In this document: positions 51,191 to 62,768 of the stretch, piece by piece
Layout: every line of letters begins with the position of its first letter
How positions within the stretch are numbered: the stretch's first letter is position 1
Source: Podarcis gaigeae
Taxonomy: Eukaryota
DNA length: 64,000 nucleotides
Assembly: GCA_964106915.2 (NCBI GenBank)
Contig: OZ066919.1
Direction: 5' to 3' (one strand)
Notes under the pieces: generated by a model
What the model was told of the DNA's origin: nothing
Databases searched by the model: none
The model's input: the letters and a program-made list of their open reading frames with translations, nothing else
Translations under genes and position numbers: made by a program

Positions 51191-51289
51191 GACACCCCAA
51201 CTTTTACACGGGAAGACACCCGAGGACACCAAAACCTGCATATATATATATATATATATAATGTATACACACACACAGTATATACTAGA

Positions 51290-51438
51290 NNNNNNNNNNN
51301 NNNNNNNNNNNNNNNNNNNNNNNNNNNNNNNNNNNNNNNNNNNNNNNNNNNNNNNNNNNNNNNNNNNNNNNNNNNNNNNNNNNNNNNNNNNNNNNNNNNN
51401 NNNNNNNNNNNNNNNNNNNNNNNNNNNNNNNNNNNNNN
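51290..51438. other. Assembly gap
   Basis: Run of 149 N. Confidence 1.
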
Positions 51439-52455
51439 GTTAAAACCTTCCACAACAAAATCTCTCTACACTGGCTAAAAAATGTTCAAAATGTTGCCAA
51501 GTTTAAAAGTCAAACATGAAATCTAAATTTAGTTTTGGTTTTAATTTCTAAAAGAGTTGCCAAAGTCAAGCTTGTTCAAAGGCCACTCCCCTCATCTCCC
51601 CAATACCAGATTTGTGGAAGCAGATTGTGCCTATTTAGTGGTGAAGAGAATATAATACACACATACCAAAGGGTTAAAATAATAATAATCCTGCAGTGAA
51701 GTCTCGGCAGTAGAAACAGATTTCAGTCCCGACTCTAATCTAGTCTGTGTTAATTCTCTTTTACAGATATTTCAAACATTATTACTTCCCTAGACAGGAC
51801 TTTCTCTATGTTCAGTATATTGTGTGGTGCTGTTGCTTTGGTAAAAAGCTTCATAGATTGCTTTGCTTTGCTTTGTTGGTTATACTGCTGAAAATTAATA
51901 TATTATAAAAGAGCAACTGGTAAATTATTGGAGAACTGACCAAAAAATAGGTATTATCTTGCTCATCAATAATCTGTATAACATGTTCATCACACCTGAC
52001 AGTAAATCCTCAGAATATAGATAGCTGAAGGCTCTCCCCATCCCTCATTTTCATTATTTTGCTTATTTAGACTAGATTTTTCCAGTTCCCATCAGCTGCA
52101 GACAGCATGGCCAATGGTGAGGGATGATGGGCATTGCCCTGTGTTTGCTGTTAATGGGAAGCTATTATTTGCTGCACGTCTCCATGCAAACATGAAATCA
52201 TCACATCTAACCACTGAATACCTGAATTTTTCTCATGTATATATATGCGCAGAAGTGCTTTCTTTGCAGGAAGCTCTTAACATTTGGCCTCCAGTCAGCA
52301 GCTTGAGCACTAGAAAGCTTCTTAAGGCAAGAGCTCTATGAAACAATGCTGATGTCATGCGCTTTAGTGCCCATCACAACAACAGCAAAATCCTGTTTAA
52401 TTAGATGAATGCAAAGTGGGTGTCAAAATACAGACTTCTCTTTAAATCCACTTAC

Positions 52456-52587
52456 TAAATGCTAACCATGTTTGCCTCAGTTGCAGATACACCCTGAAGT
52501 CCGTCTGGAATCCAATGTCGTAGATAGTAAGATCAGAACCAGGTATTCCATGAAGGCGATGATATTCCCAGTAGCAATGCCAAATAC
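52456..52587 (-). CDS. SLC44A5: SLC44A5 coding exon
   Basis: caaaag|GT...A|gtaagt; GIWHCYWEYHRLHGIPGSDLTIYDIGFQTDFRVYLQLRQTWLAF. Confidence 0.94.
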
Positions 52588-54165
52588 CTTTTGAAACAAA
52601 GAATACACACTGGAAGTGTGACACAGATCAATTCCCTAATCTCTGCACAAATGGTAGGTCCAACCAAATCCCACCCCCACAATGGAATCCAAACCACAGG
52701 CAGAGAACTGCTTATTTCCAGAAAGGTGCTAAAAGTAGCTCAATAATAGGCAGGAACAAGAGCCAAAACATAAATCATAAAGGAAAGCAAAACAAAATAA
52801 AACTATATAATATCACTAGCTAATTTCTTCAGGGGGCAATTTGTTTCCCACTCCCAAATATACTGAGCAGCCGGAACAAGAGCACCATCAAAAGTCATTC
52901 ACTGGAGGCCTCCAGAGGATGTTTTTGGCAGGGTGTAGTTTCAAACCATTTCAAACAAATAATTTCCTTCACTGTCTGGAAAAAGCATAGAATTAACAAA
53001 TGGATTTTCATGCGTGATGACTGTGCATTTAACTCTTTCCCTGTTTACACCCAGCCAGGGAACTTGGGGCTCTCCAGATATCATTGGACTACAACTCCCA
53101 TCATCCCTGAATGTTAGCCATGCTGGATGGGGTTGATGGGAAATGGAGTCCAGCAGCATCTGGAGCCAGCAGCATAGCATGGTTTGCAAGTGCCCTGTGC
53201 GGGCAGGTGGGCAGGTGCCGAGGGTGAATGAAGCCCGCTGCGCCAGCCCAGCACTTGCCACCAATGCTGCCACAACGACGCCAGCCCTGAACCACTTGGT
53301 GAGCCTTGCAAAGCGGCTCAGGGCTGGCAGGGCAGCATGAGACGAACTCATGGCTGTTGCATCCCTCTCACTCTGCTCTGCCAGACCCAAGCTGCTTTGT
53401 GATACTAGGATCACCCCAGCCTCGCAAAGTGGCTCAGGGCTGGCAGGACTGCATAAGCAGCACCCCCCAGAAAAATGTGCCTGGGGCCATTGCCCCAGCA
53501 GCTCCCTCCCATACTATGCCCCTGTCTGGAGCACCATTCCTGCACAAATCAGTAAGCCACAGCCAATTGCATCTTCACAACACACATAACAGCACACATA
53601 ACAACACACATATACAGAGTGAAATAGATAGCTATCCTTATATTAAAAACGGCCAGAGGTCTCTTTGAAGACCCTGTACTGACAAATAAACCTTGTTTTG
53701 TATTTCAGGTTTTAGTAGGACAGAGTGGAGAAAGGATGATGAACCTTCCAACTTATAAAACCACAGGAAGAAAAGAGAAAATGTTTGTTTAATCCTGCAG
53801 CCACTGACAATTCCTAACAAAAGCCAGATGGTGATGTTAGTCTTCTAGACACAGAAAAGAGCCGCAGCTGCACAGTGGGTAGAATATGGCAAGCTTTTGC
53901 ATGGTTCTTCTTTTTGGCACATTAAACTGCCAGAAAATATACTGCTGTCCTGCTGAGGGAAGAAAAACACAAACATGCCTCACAAGCAGGCACACACCTC
54001 AGCTGAACGAGGTCCAGCCCGCAGTCTGTGGACTTTGAAAAGACTTGTTTGGGCTGCTGGGTGAAGAAGAGGAATGGACTGAGGGAGGGGTTTTTTATAA
54101 GTGCAGTGCTCAACTGGGAATTGCTCAGTAGCAAGTAGACTATTGAGGACAGAGGGTGATAAGTA

Positions 54166-54336
54166 CAGTGGTCCCTCTAGTTGCAGACTTAATTCATTTC
54201 GGAGTGCCGTTCATACCCCGAAAAGCCCACAATTAGAGTGCTTCTTCCGCACATGTGCACAACGCAATCAAGTGCTTCTGTGTTCGTAAGCTGAAAGTCT
54301 GCAACAAGAGCGGAAAAGCAACTAGAGGTACCACTG
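54166..54336. mobile_element. Tigger/pogo-like MITE
   Basis: 19-bp TIR CAGTGGT(C/A)CCTCTAGTTGC, TA flanks. Confidence 0.88.
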
Positions 54337-54460
54337 TATAGGCAGACGATTCCCAGTTAACGGTTGTTGAATTCATTGGTAGGAGCCACTTTTCCTCTAA
54401 CCCCAACCTATAAACTTTGGATATGTAGTTCTATGTCAAAAGCAAATCATTGGCACCTAC

Positions 54461-54573
54461 CATAACCTATAATCCCAATCACACCAAAGATGAAAATCCA
54501 GAAGAGAACACCTGCTATAAATCTCAAAAGCACAAGGAAGAGCAAGCTGACAACCATTGCAATGAACAGGCCT
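54461..54573 (-). CDS. SLC44A5: SLC44A5 coding exon (transmembrane)
   Basis: ttccag|A...G|gtaggt; [38 protein letters not shown]. Confidence 0.94.
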
Positions 54574-54995
54574 CTGGAAAAGAAAGACATAGCAATTTAA
54601 ATAAATCAGCAGCTCTCTTCAATGCTCCCCCCCCCCACTGCATTTACTTTACAAACAATAACGCTTTCCCTATCCAGGTTTGATGCTCAGTGTTTTAAAT
54701 ACATGGAAGCATAGGCGCCATCTCCCCGGGGGCTCTGGGTGCCTGATCACCCCCCAAAATATCCATATAGGGGCCGGGAACCCACAAAATGCAGGGGCTG
54801 GCATGCAGGCACCACACCCCATGGAAAGAGTGTGGTGTTCAGGCGGGGGGTGATGGTGGAAAAGAGAGCAGAGAGTTGATGGGGAAGAAAGAGCACGGAT
54901 ATCAGGTGGGAGGGGTCCAGTCACTGCCGCATTGCTGCTGCTCATGCCCCACTCCATGGTATGATGCCACAGCATGTGTCATGATGTCATGATGG

Positions 54996-55292
54996 TAATA
55001 ATAGTAATAATAATATTTATATCACGCCCACCTGGGTATAAGTACACTAAAACATCAGACATTAAAAATTTCCCTAAACAGGACTGCCTTCAGGTGTCTT
55101 CTAAACATCAGATAGTTGTTTATCTCCTTGACATCTGATGGGAGGGCGTTCCACAGGGTGGGAGCCACTACCAAGAAGGCCCTCCCTGTAACTTCGCTTC
55201 TTGTAGTGTGGGAACTGCCAGAAGGCACTCAGCGCTGAACCTCAGTGTCCGGGTTGAACAATGGGGGTGGAGACGCTTCAGGTATACTGGAC
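54996..55292 (-). mobile_element. Second, more decayed copy of the same L2 family
   Basis: Direct similarity to 22400-22650 (TTGACATCTGATGGGAGGGCGTTCCACAGGG; TTCAGGTATACTGGAC). Confidence 0.85.
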
Positions 55293-55518
55293 ATAGTGTG
55301 GGGGGGCATGCTGGGCACCCACAGTGTGGGGCCCAAGTTGATGCCATTATGTGGCAGGATGGCAATAGGACTATGGCTAGAGTTTTCTGATGTGTAGATA
55401 GCATTGTGAAACTGTAGGTTAGAACCCAGGTTCTGGGCCACCAGATTTTGACAGAGAAATTGAATTCAGTCCTTTAAAGTGTGGTCAAGGGAAGCCTTGT
55501 TTATGAGTGGTATGTATA

Positions 55519-55873
55519 AAGGTAAAGGTACCCCTGCCCGTATGGACCAGTCTTGCCAGACTCTAGGGTTGTGCGCTCATCTCACTCTATAGGCTGGGAG
55601 CCAGCGCTGTCCGCAGACACTTCCGGGTCACGTGGCCAGCGTGACAAGCTGCATCTGGTGAGCCAGTGCAGCACACGGAACACCGTTTACCTTCCCGCTG
55701 GTAAGCGGTCCCTATTTATCGACTTGCACCCAGAGGTGCTTTCAAACTGCTAGGTTGGCAGGCGCTGGGACCAAATGACGGGAGCGCACCCCGCCGCGGG
55801 GATTCAAACCGCCGACCATGCGATCGGCAAGTCCTAGGCGCTGAGGTTTTACCCACAGTGCCATCCGCGTCCC
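55519..55873 (-). mobile_element. Sauria SINE, full length
   Basis: tRNA-like head with B box (GGTTTGAATCC on -), (ACCTTT)n tail, 12-bp TSD GTGGTATGTATA (55507-55518, 55877-55888). Confidence 0.9.
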
Positions 55874-56116
55874 GATGTGGTATGTATACACCCCTCCCAA
55901 ATATGATACCATGGGGCTCCACCTGCTTCCTCAAGGACCACAAGGGACTGATATTCCTGCGCACGTGACAGGAAAGAGCCATAACGAAACCCCAAGATGC
56001 ACTGATGTGGTAAATGGAAGTGCCAGAGGTGACTCCCCCATCCCCGCTTTTTGTGCGCCTTGCAGCACTCCAATTTCACATGCAAGAAGCAAGGCCTCCT
56101 CTGAATAAAAACTTAC

Positions 56117-56200
56117 ATTAAAATCCAATACCAAGAACTGGCATAGTCTTCAAAAATTTTCATCCCGACTGATCTTGCATCAAGAACATTATTGATGCCG
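56117..56200 (-). CDS. SLC44A5: SLC44A5 coding exon
   Basis: ctaaag|C...AT|gtaagt; NGINNVLDARSVGMKIFEDYASSWYWIL. Confidence 0.93.
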
Positions 56201-56917
56201 CTTTAGAAAGAAAGGGGGGAGGGGAACATTTTAGTTTATGTAGCAGATATTCCTTATTTAAACAAAGCAACCCACTGTAACGAGAAAATGCAGGCTATAT
56301 CAAAAAACATTTTGTATGCTGGAAAAATGAAACATAAAGTGCCCTAGCCAGCAATATGCCACAGTTATGATGCCACAGTTCTGAGTTTCTGCCCAAAACA
56401 AGCATTGGCTACAGGAGCAGTTGAATTCTAAGGACACTTCTGGAACTTAGGCTGTCAATATATATACGCTTAGGCTAAAGTCCAAACCCCTGGCCAGCAA
56501 CAGTAGGCATTGAAGGAGAAGCCTAGCCACTATGCCCTCTCCCACAGCCTCACCACTTGCACTGGCCAGCGTGGGAAATACCTTGTTGCTGTACCAGCTC
56601 CCATGTTGGTACAGAAAATATGACTGGATTGGGCCCAGACTGGTGCATCTGCCTTCCATCTGGATGGTCACATTGGGGAGCTCCTAGCCACCATGTCTTC
56701 CCCTGGTAGAAAAAGGTGGTGGAGCCAGGCCCTCTCCAATATGGCAGATTCAGGACTTCCTCTGCCCTTTATGTCTCACTAAACTCAGCAGAACTTTCTA
56801 CTGAGTAGCTATGGACGGAACCGTGCTTGTTGATCTCGTCATATGTACAGTCACATTAAATATATGTAGTAACTTTTAATCACCATTATTACTAGTAGTT
56901 AAAGTACTTTCACAATA

Positions 56918-57167
56918 CAGTCGTACCTTGGTTGACGAACGCCTTGCAAGTCGAACATTTTGGCTCAGGAACGCAGCAAACCCAGAAGTGAGTGTTCTGG
57001 TTTGCAAACGTTCTTTAGAACCAAAACATCTGGCGCAGCTTCTGTGACTTCCAATTGGCTGTAGGAGCTTCCTGCAGCCAATCAGAAACCGCACCTTGGT
57101 TTCCAAATGTTTTGGAAGTCGAACGGACTTCTGGAATGGATTCTGTTCGACTTCCGAGGTACGACGG
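56918..57167. mobile_element. Tigger/pogo-like MITE
   Basis: TIR CAGTCGTACCTTGG / CCGAGGTACGACGG, TA flanks. Confidence 0.85.
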
Positions 57168-57288
57168 TAATACCGAATTTAGAATCAAGATGGATACAGA
57201 AATTCAACATTTTTTATGTGACTACAAGAAAAAGAAAAGAATACAGCACAATTAAGGAATACATTTTAAAGTTCTGCAATACTATGAA

Positions 57289-57430
57289 CCTCCTTCCTTG
57301 GGGGTTTTTAAACAGAGGGTGGATGGCCACCTGTCATGGATGCTTTAGCTCAGATTCTTGCATTGCAAGGGGTACGACTAGTTGACCCTTGGGGTACCTT
57401 CAAACCCTACAAGAATTCTATGATTCTGTG
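57289..57430 (+). mobile_element. CR1 3'-end fragment
   Basis: Similar to the 35270-35400 tail; ends ATTCTATGATTCTGTG. Confidence 0.75.
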
Positions 57431-58741
57431 AGCCTTTAAAAAAAGCTACGTGAAGGATGGTTCTGCTGTAAATCTAAATGCATGCTGCTAAGGCTGCTTT
57501 AACCATCTAATATGCACCTGGTGAAATTTATGTCAACTGATCAAAGTTTCAATATCATCTGAGCTAAAAAGCAACATTAGTTGAATCTCTGTAGTGATAT
57601 AAATTAATTTGGAAGGGTAATATTTTAAAGGCTGGTGTCTATATACAGGAACAAATGGTTTATTTAGTTTGAAGGAATCTGGATAAGGAGTTCATTCTCC
57701 ACTGCCATGTTGACTAGTGCTGTGTTTCATAATAAACACAGCAAGTCTGTTCGTGTGAATGCATGAAGACTTTGCTTTCACATCCAAGGTTCAAAATTTG
57801 GTATATCATAGCTGAAATAACCCAGGGAAGGAGGGGAATGGCTGGGGGAAAGTTTAAGCACCTGATTTCTTCACACTTCTTTGATACTAGTCTCTTTCTA
57901 AAGGTGCTTTCTTATATTATAAAAAATGGCCACTTTTGGTATGTCAACAGTGGTGAAGCTGGAATGAGGCCCCAAGGCAAAAGTCTAGGGCCCTGCAGCC
58001 CAGGAGACACCCAGATGACCGCAGAGAGGGTGGAAGATGATAGGAGGCAGCAACAAACAGGCCTGATGTCAGCACTTTGGCCACTCAACTGAAGCTACAG
58101 TAGTTGCGTCACCATTCTTTCTTCTTATTTTTAAGAAAAACAATACTACCCTTTTCTACAACAAAATGGGGCTTATTCCCAAAAGTAAATGTGTTTTATT
58201 ATCATGGCAGCAGCAGCAGAAGAAGAAGGGGGGGACCCCAATTTTATTCCCGCAGTTGCAATGGTTCTATGATCAAAGTGAGTTTTATAGTGCAAAACTG
58301 CACATTGTTGGAGTTTTTCCTGTTTTAATTAGGCAAACTATTTTGCCTGCTTGCTCCTTTTGCATTTCAGGAATGTAGGGAAAGTTGTAAAGCACAGAAT
58401 AGAAGTGAGGGGGCAGGGAAAGTGAGAAATGTTAACTGTGTGCTTCGTGAATGTGATCTGATACAATCCCACCACCACCAGACCAGGGTCTAAAATTTTC
58501 AAGCTGCACCAATGTAAGTTGCAGACATTTGTGTATAATCTCCAGTTTGTTCCTAAAATAACTGAAATGAAGAGTATGAATATTCACCTCCTGTTAAAGC
58601 CAGAAATAGCCCCATATAATCAGTGCTCCAAATAAATAAAAAAATAAATCATGGTATTGCAGCCAAGCATAGAAATTATCATTTGGCAAACAGGTCAGGC
58701 AAAGTTATACAAACACACAGACGGACACACACAATCCATAC

Positions 58742-58865
58742 TTTGCAGCTTCCCTGAGATCGGTGACGTTCCTTGTTTTTCCTCTTCCATCTTTGAAAGT
58801 AGTCTGATTAGCCACAGTCAGAACTCCATTTTTAGTGGCAAAATCAGGAAAACATCTCTTAAGAA
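58742..58865 (-). CDS. SLC44A5: SLC44A5 coding exon
   Basis: taacag|TT...AA|gtatgg; FLKRCFPDFATKNGVLTVANQTTFKDGRGKTRNVTDLREAA. Confidence 0.93.
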
Positions 58866-59714
58866 CTGTTAAAACAAAAACAAGAAAAAAGAATATTTAT
58901 AGTGAGTCCTGCTTTTATTTTTTATTTTTTTTTTAAAAAAAAAAAAACCCTTGCCATTCCTATTTCCTATTCAGTTCCATCCATTTAAATACCCTAAACT
59001 GATTTCTGTTTGCACAGCATTTTCGTAGAAATGGAACAAATACCATGGCTGCCATCTCATCCATGTAGTAAGACACCTACAAGAAAAGGCATGTCTGAAG
59101 CAGCATGTTCTCTGCTTTGTATGTTACTCTAGGGTGCTATGGGCTGCCACCTGGCATAGGTAAATGCTCTTGTCTTGTTCCAGAGTAGCTGGAGGACAGC
59201 ACAGTGACATTTAAACTGGAGAAATCATGTGACGGGGGGGATGCTGTGCATTAACTGAAGTAAGGGGAGATTCCCAAGTGATCGTGCTTTAAAGGGCACA
59301 TTGTGATTTTAGCTTAAGCTGGTTATCTCCCTGGTTTTAATTTGTCTTATGCTTTGTACTATGACCCTGATCTTATAAAGAAAATGAGCTAAGGGCGCTT
59401 CAAAAACAAGTGTAGGCGAATATTGCTAGAACTGGGGCATGCCAAGATCATTGCGTACACTATCAGAGCAGAAAGCCAGGTCTGGGTCATCCATGAGGTG
59501 GGCTGATGCAGTTGCCTCAGGTGGCAGAACTCCAAGAGGTGGAGCTCCCTCAGACACCCAGCCAACCCATTATGCTCCATGAGATCTCCAGAGATTTCAA
59601 CAAAAACTGTCACTGCTTTGCAGGGCCCACTGTGTGCCAAGGTAAAAGAGGCTTTGGCCGGGGGAGTGGGAGGCTCAGGTGGCGAAAGCACACCACAGAT
59701 ATTCAGATACTCAC

Positions 59715-59775
59715 AAGGCCGGCTTGGAATGATCATGGAAGGACAATCTTCATCACGCATAACTTGGGCCACAGA
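59715..59775 (-). CDS. SLC44A5: SLC44A5 coding exon
   Basis: ttccag|TCT...CCTT|gtgagt; SVAQVMRDEDCPSMIIPSRP. Confidence 0.92.
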
Positions 59776-61012
59776 CTGGAAACCGAAAGAAAAACCCAAA
59801 GTTAGAAATAATCATGTGACAATTGAATCTATAGCATTTCCCTTTTTTCTTTCTTTCTTTTTAATACTCTTTTTAAAACCCTTGCAAATTATTTGATTGA
59901 GGCCACAGCAGAGCATCTAAATGAAAAATAGGATGGAGCCGTGACTCTCTGGCATCCTGCTAACAATGAAAACAAAACAGTAGGCATCAGACAAAAACCA
60001 TTGAGCAGAGAAAGCTTCAAGCAGGTGGCCTTGTGCTCATCGCAGGTAGGAATAAAATTACCTTTTAACACAATTAACATAATTAACTTAAGGCTGCAAT
60101 CAGGACTCAGCAAGGGGTTTTCAGTATGAGAGGAATATTAAAGTAGGTTTGAATATTTGTTTTTAGAGCTATCAAGTTGTTTCAAACTTATAATGTGATT
60201 ACAAGGTAAGAATTAATTTTCAAGACTAACACCCATTCCCTTATACTATAAATGAGTAAACTGGTCACTGTGGAAGAACCAATCCAAGCCTGGTTTAAAG
60301 ATACACCTTCAACAGTATGGTAAGTAAAAAGACAGCAGACCAAAATGGAACAAGCATCACCTAGTTGCAGACTTCACATTGTGTGAGAAATTTTGAATAT
60401 CTATTTAAATTATAGTAATTGGCTAGTGCAATTTCCTCTCCTCCCCTGTTGCCCCTCAGAGCCAAGTTCTTTTGGAAGGAACTGGAGATGAAATCAAAGG
60501 ACGAGGAAGTTCCGCCATGTACATGGTAGTCCTTTCTGCCATCTGCCATGGAGCTGCAGAATTGGATATGGCCCTTTAGTTCTAGATTTACATATAAATG
60601 TGTAATTTAATTTAAGATTTAAATATAGATTACTACATGCAATTTTTATGTGACTCTGTGCCCTCTTTTGTTTCCTTTCTTTGGTGATGGGCTTCCTCTT
60701 TTTTTTGGTGCTGACCAATTTAATTTTTAAATTTTTAGCTACAAGACTAAGGATGAATATTTTTTTGAAACTCTCATCAAAATAACATTTTAATTATAAA
60801 ATGTATCAATAGAAGGAAACCTCTTGCCCATTGCTGGTCATACTGGAGTCTTTGGGTATAATCTGCACTAGGAATAAAGTAGTTGTAACCAACAATAGAG
60901 TTAAGAACAACAAACCCTGTACAGCTATGGAGATATAAACCTGCTAAGGACTGCACCCACTTTGGACAGATAAAAGGTAATATTCACATCGCAATATCTT
61001 ATCTATACTCAC

Positions 61013-61141
61013 CTTCCATGGCTTGCTAAAGCCAGGCTTGCAAAACTGTCTGTAGTATTCCCAATAACTTTTGTTATATCTGTAGGAAGATTGCATGTCT
61101 ATGTAGGTTGCAAACCTGTCTGGGCACTTTGAGACACAAAG
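61013..61141 (-). CDS. SLC44A5: SLC44A5 coding exon
   Basis: ttaaag|CTT...AAG|gtgagt; LCVSKCPDRFATYIDMQSSYRYNKSYWEYYRQFCKPGFSKPWK. Confidence 0.93.
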
Positions 61142-61747
61142 CTTTAAGAAAAGAAAAATGCACATTGATCTAAGCAACACGGGAAGATGAGAAAGTTAAA
61201 TTATCAAAGCAGCTAGACAAAAAAAAAAAAAAGCCATCTCTGAGAGTAATTCGTTTCATCAGAATGCCTACTTAGCACAGCACTTAGAAACAGACATCAC
61301 ATTTTTTTTATCCTTGCAGTATCTTGAAGATAAACACTTTTGAAACACAGAGGAGACAGTTTGACATTTTCATCAGCTGCAGCATTTTCTCCAAATCTTC
61401 CTGCCTGTTGGAAGTATTTGTTTTTTAAATCTGTTTATTAATTTATTTATTTTTTAAATGAAGTACTTGGAAGAAGGCATTTTCTCAAGGCTTCCAAGTG
61501 CCTATAACTACCTTTGAAGGCAATTCAGTAGATGCCCATGCGGTGTAGTTCGCACAGTACACAAACATTAATCAATGAAGTGTGCAACTGTTAAAATGGT
61601 TTTGCCCTAACAGGGTATTTGCAGAGCCAACCACTTTCACTTTAAATAGCTCAGTCAAAAGCAAATCAAGATTTCATTATTGTACACGGGTTAAGGCTAG
61701 CCTGTGCTTTATTCCGGCCATAACTCTTTCTAAAGTCATATAATACA

Positions 61748-61851
61748 TGGCAGTCAAGTTCACACAGAGCGCTTCAGTTTATTTTCTGCTGGTGTAGCAG
61801 ATACTGGGATCAGAAAATAAACTGAAGCGCTCTGTGTGAACTTGACTGCCA
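61748..61851. repeat. Perfect 41-bp inverted repeat with 22-nt spacer
   Basis: 61748-61788 is the exact reverse complement of 61811-61851. Confidence 0.97.
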
Positions 61852-62020
61852 AGTTTTCAATGAAACTTCAGAGATATGCTGCATTTTAATTTTGCACACA
61901 TGTTCTCCTTTGAACATGGCCTCCTTTGAACAGGCTGAATCCCTTGCAATATAAATCCAAGATATTAGCACGTTTAATTTACATGCTGTAATTACACACA
62001 CACAAACACATAGACACACA

Positions 62021-62196
62021 CAGTGGTTCCCAATTACTGCAGACCATGTTTTTTCAAAAGTCAAGCCATGGACCCCTTACTTTTGAAAATTTTGATATTT
62101 CTATGGTAGTTTTTGTTATGACAATGGTGCCATGGATTTCCTGGGTGGGTTAGGCGGACCTCCTGGAGTCAGTGGAGCACCAGTTGGGAACCACTG
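62021..62196. mobile_element. hAT-type MITE
   Basis: Perfect 13-bp TIR CAGTGGTTCCCAA / TTGGGAACCACTG; TSD not recognisable. Confidence 0.7.
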
Positions 62197-62683
62197 ATGC
62201 ATACTATAAGTAAATGTTTAAATGCTGGCTTTTTCCTATTTCTTTCAAAATAAATCCCATATAAAGCTCATTTGTAAAACCTATAACAGCACAATCCTGT
62301 TCATGTTTGTTGAGAAATAAGTCCCATTCAGATCCCAGGTAAGTGGATATACAGTTTCAGGCAATGCCCTGGACTGGAAAAGAAGCTTAGCCTGCGCCTT
62401 TTGGCACTGTCAAAGCCTGTTAAGTCGCCTTAATTCTCAAAACACTGATTAAACCCCAGCACCCAGGAATCTAGAGTGTGTCAGGACACCCAGAAACCTG
62501 GGGAAGTCATGGCAGTACGTTTACAGGTGTTCACATACACAATATTTTCAGGATGCGTATTTACCATCCCTCTCCCACCGCCACTGTACAGAAAGCCAAC
62601 AGTATTTCTAAAAACTTTCACTTTAGAAGTAGTTCTAGTAAGTGACACCCCTTGTGCTCTGAATCAGACTGTCATTTACATAC

Positions 62684-62768
62684 CTGTGTTGTAGGGCACT
62701 GTAGGTTTATTAGCACTAGAGGGCTGGCACATTTCAGAATGTTAAAGTAAAACAAAATTGTCTTGTTC
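62684..62768 (-). CDS. SLC44A5: SLC44A5 coding exon (most 5' exon in window)
   Basis: ttgcag|G...ACACAG|gtatgt; [28 protein letters not shown]. Confidence 0.93.

Larger units (their letters stand above)
50107..51240 (+). mobile_element. 5'-truncated Penelope-like retroelement
   Basis: GIY-YIG endonuclease ORF, 3' hammerhead motif, TA-rich repeats on both flanks. Confidence 0.9.

Noticed and set aside
50091-51267. TATATATAAT(A/G)TATA flanks as a firm TSD
   Set aside because: Low complexity with one mismatch and next to a gap; suggestive only.
50941-51478. ORFs containing X runs
   Set aside because: Artefacts of the N gap.
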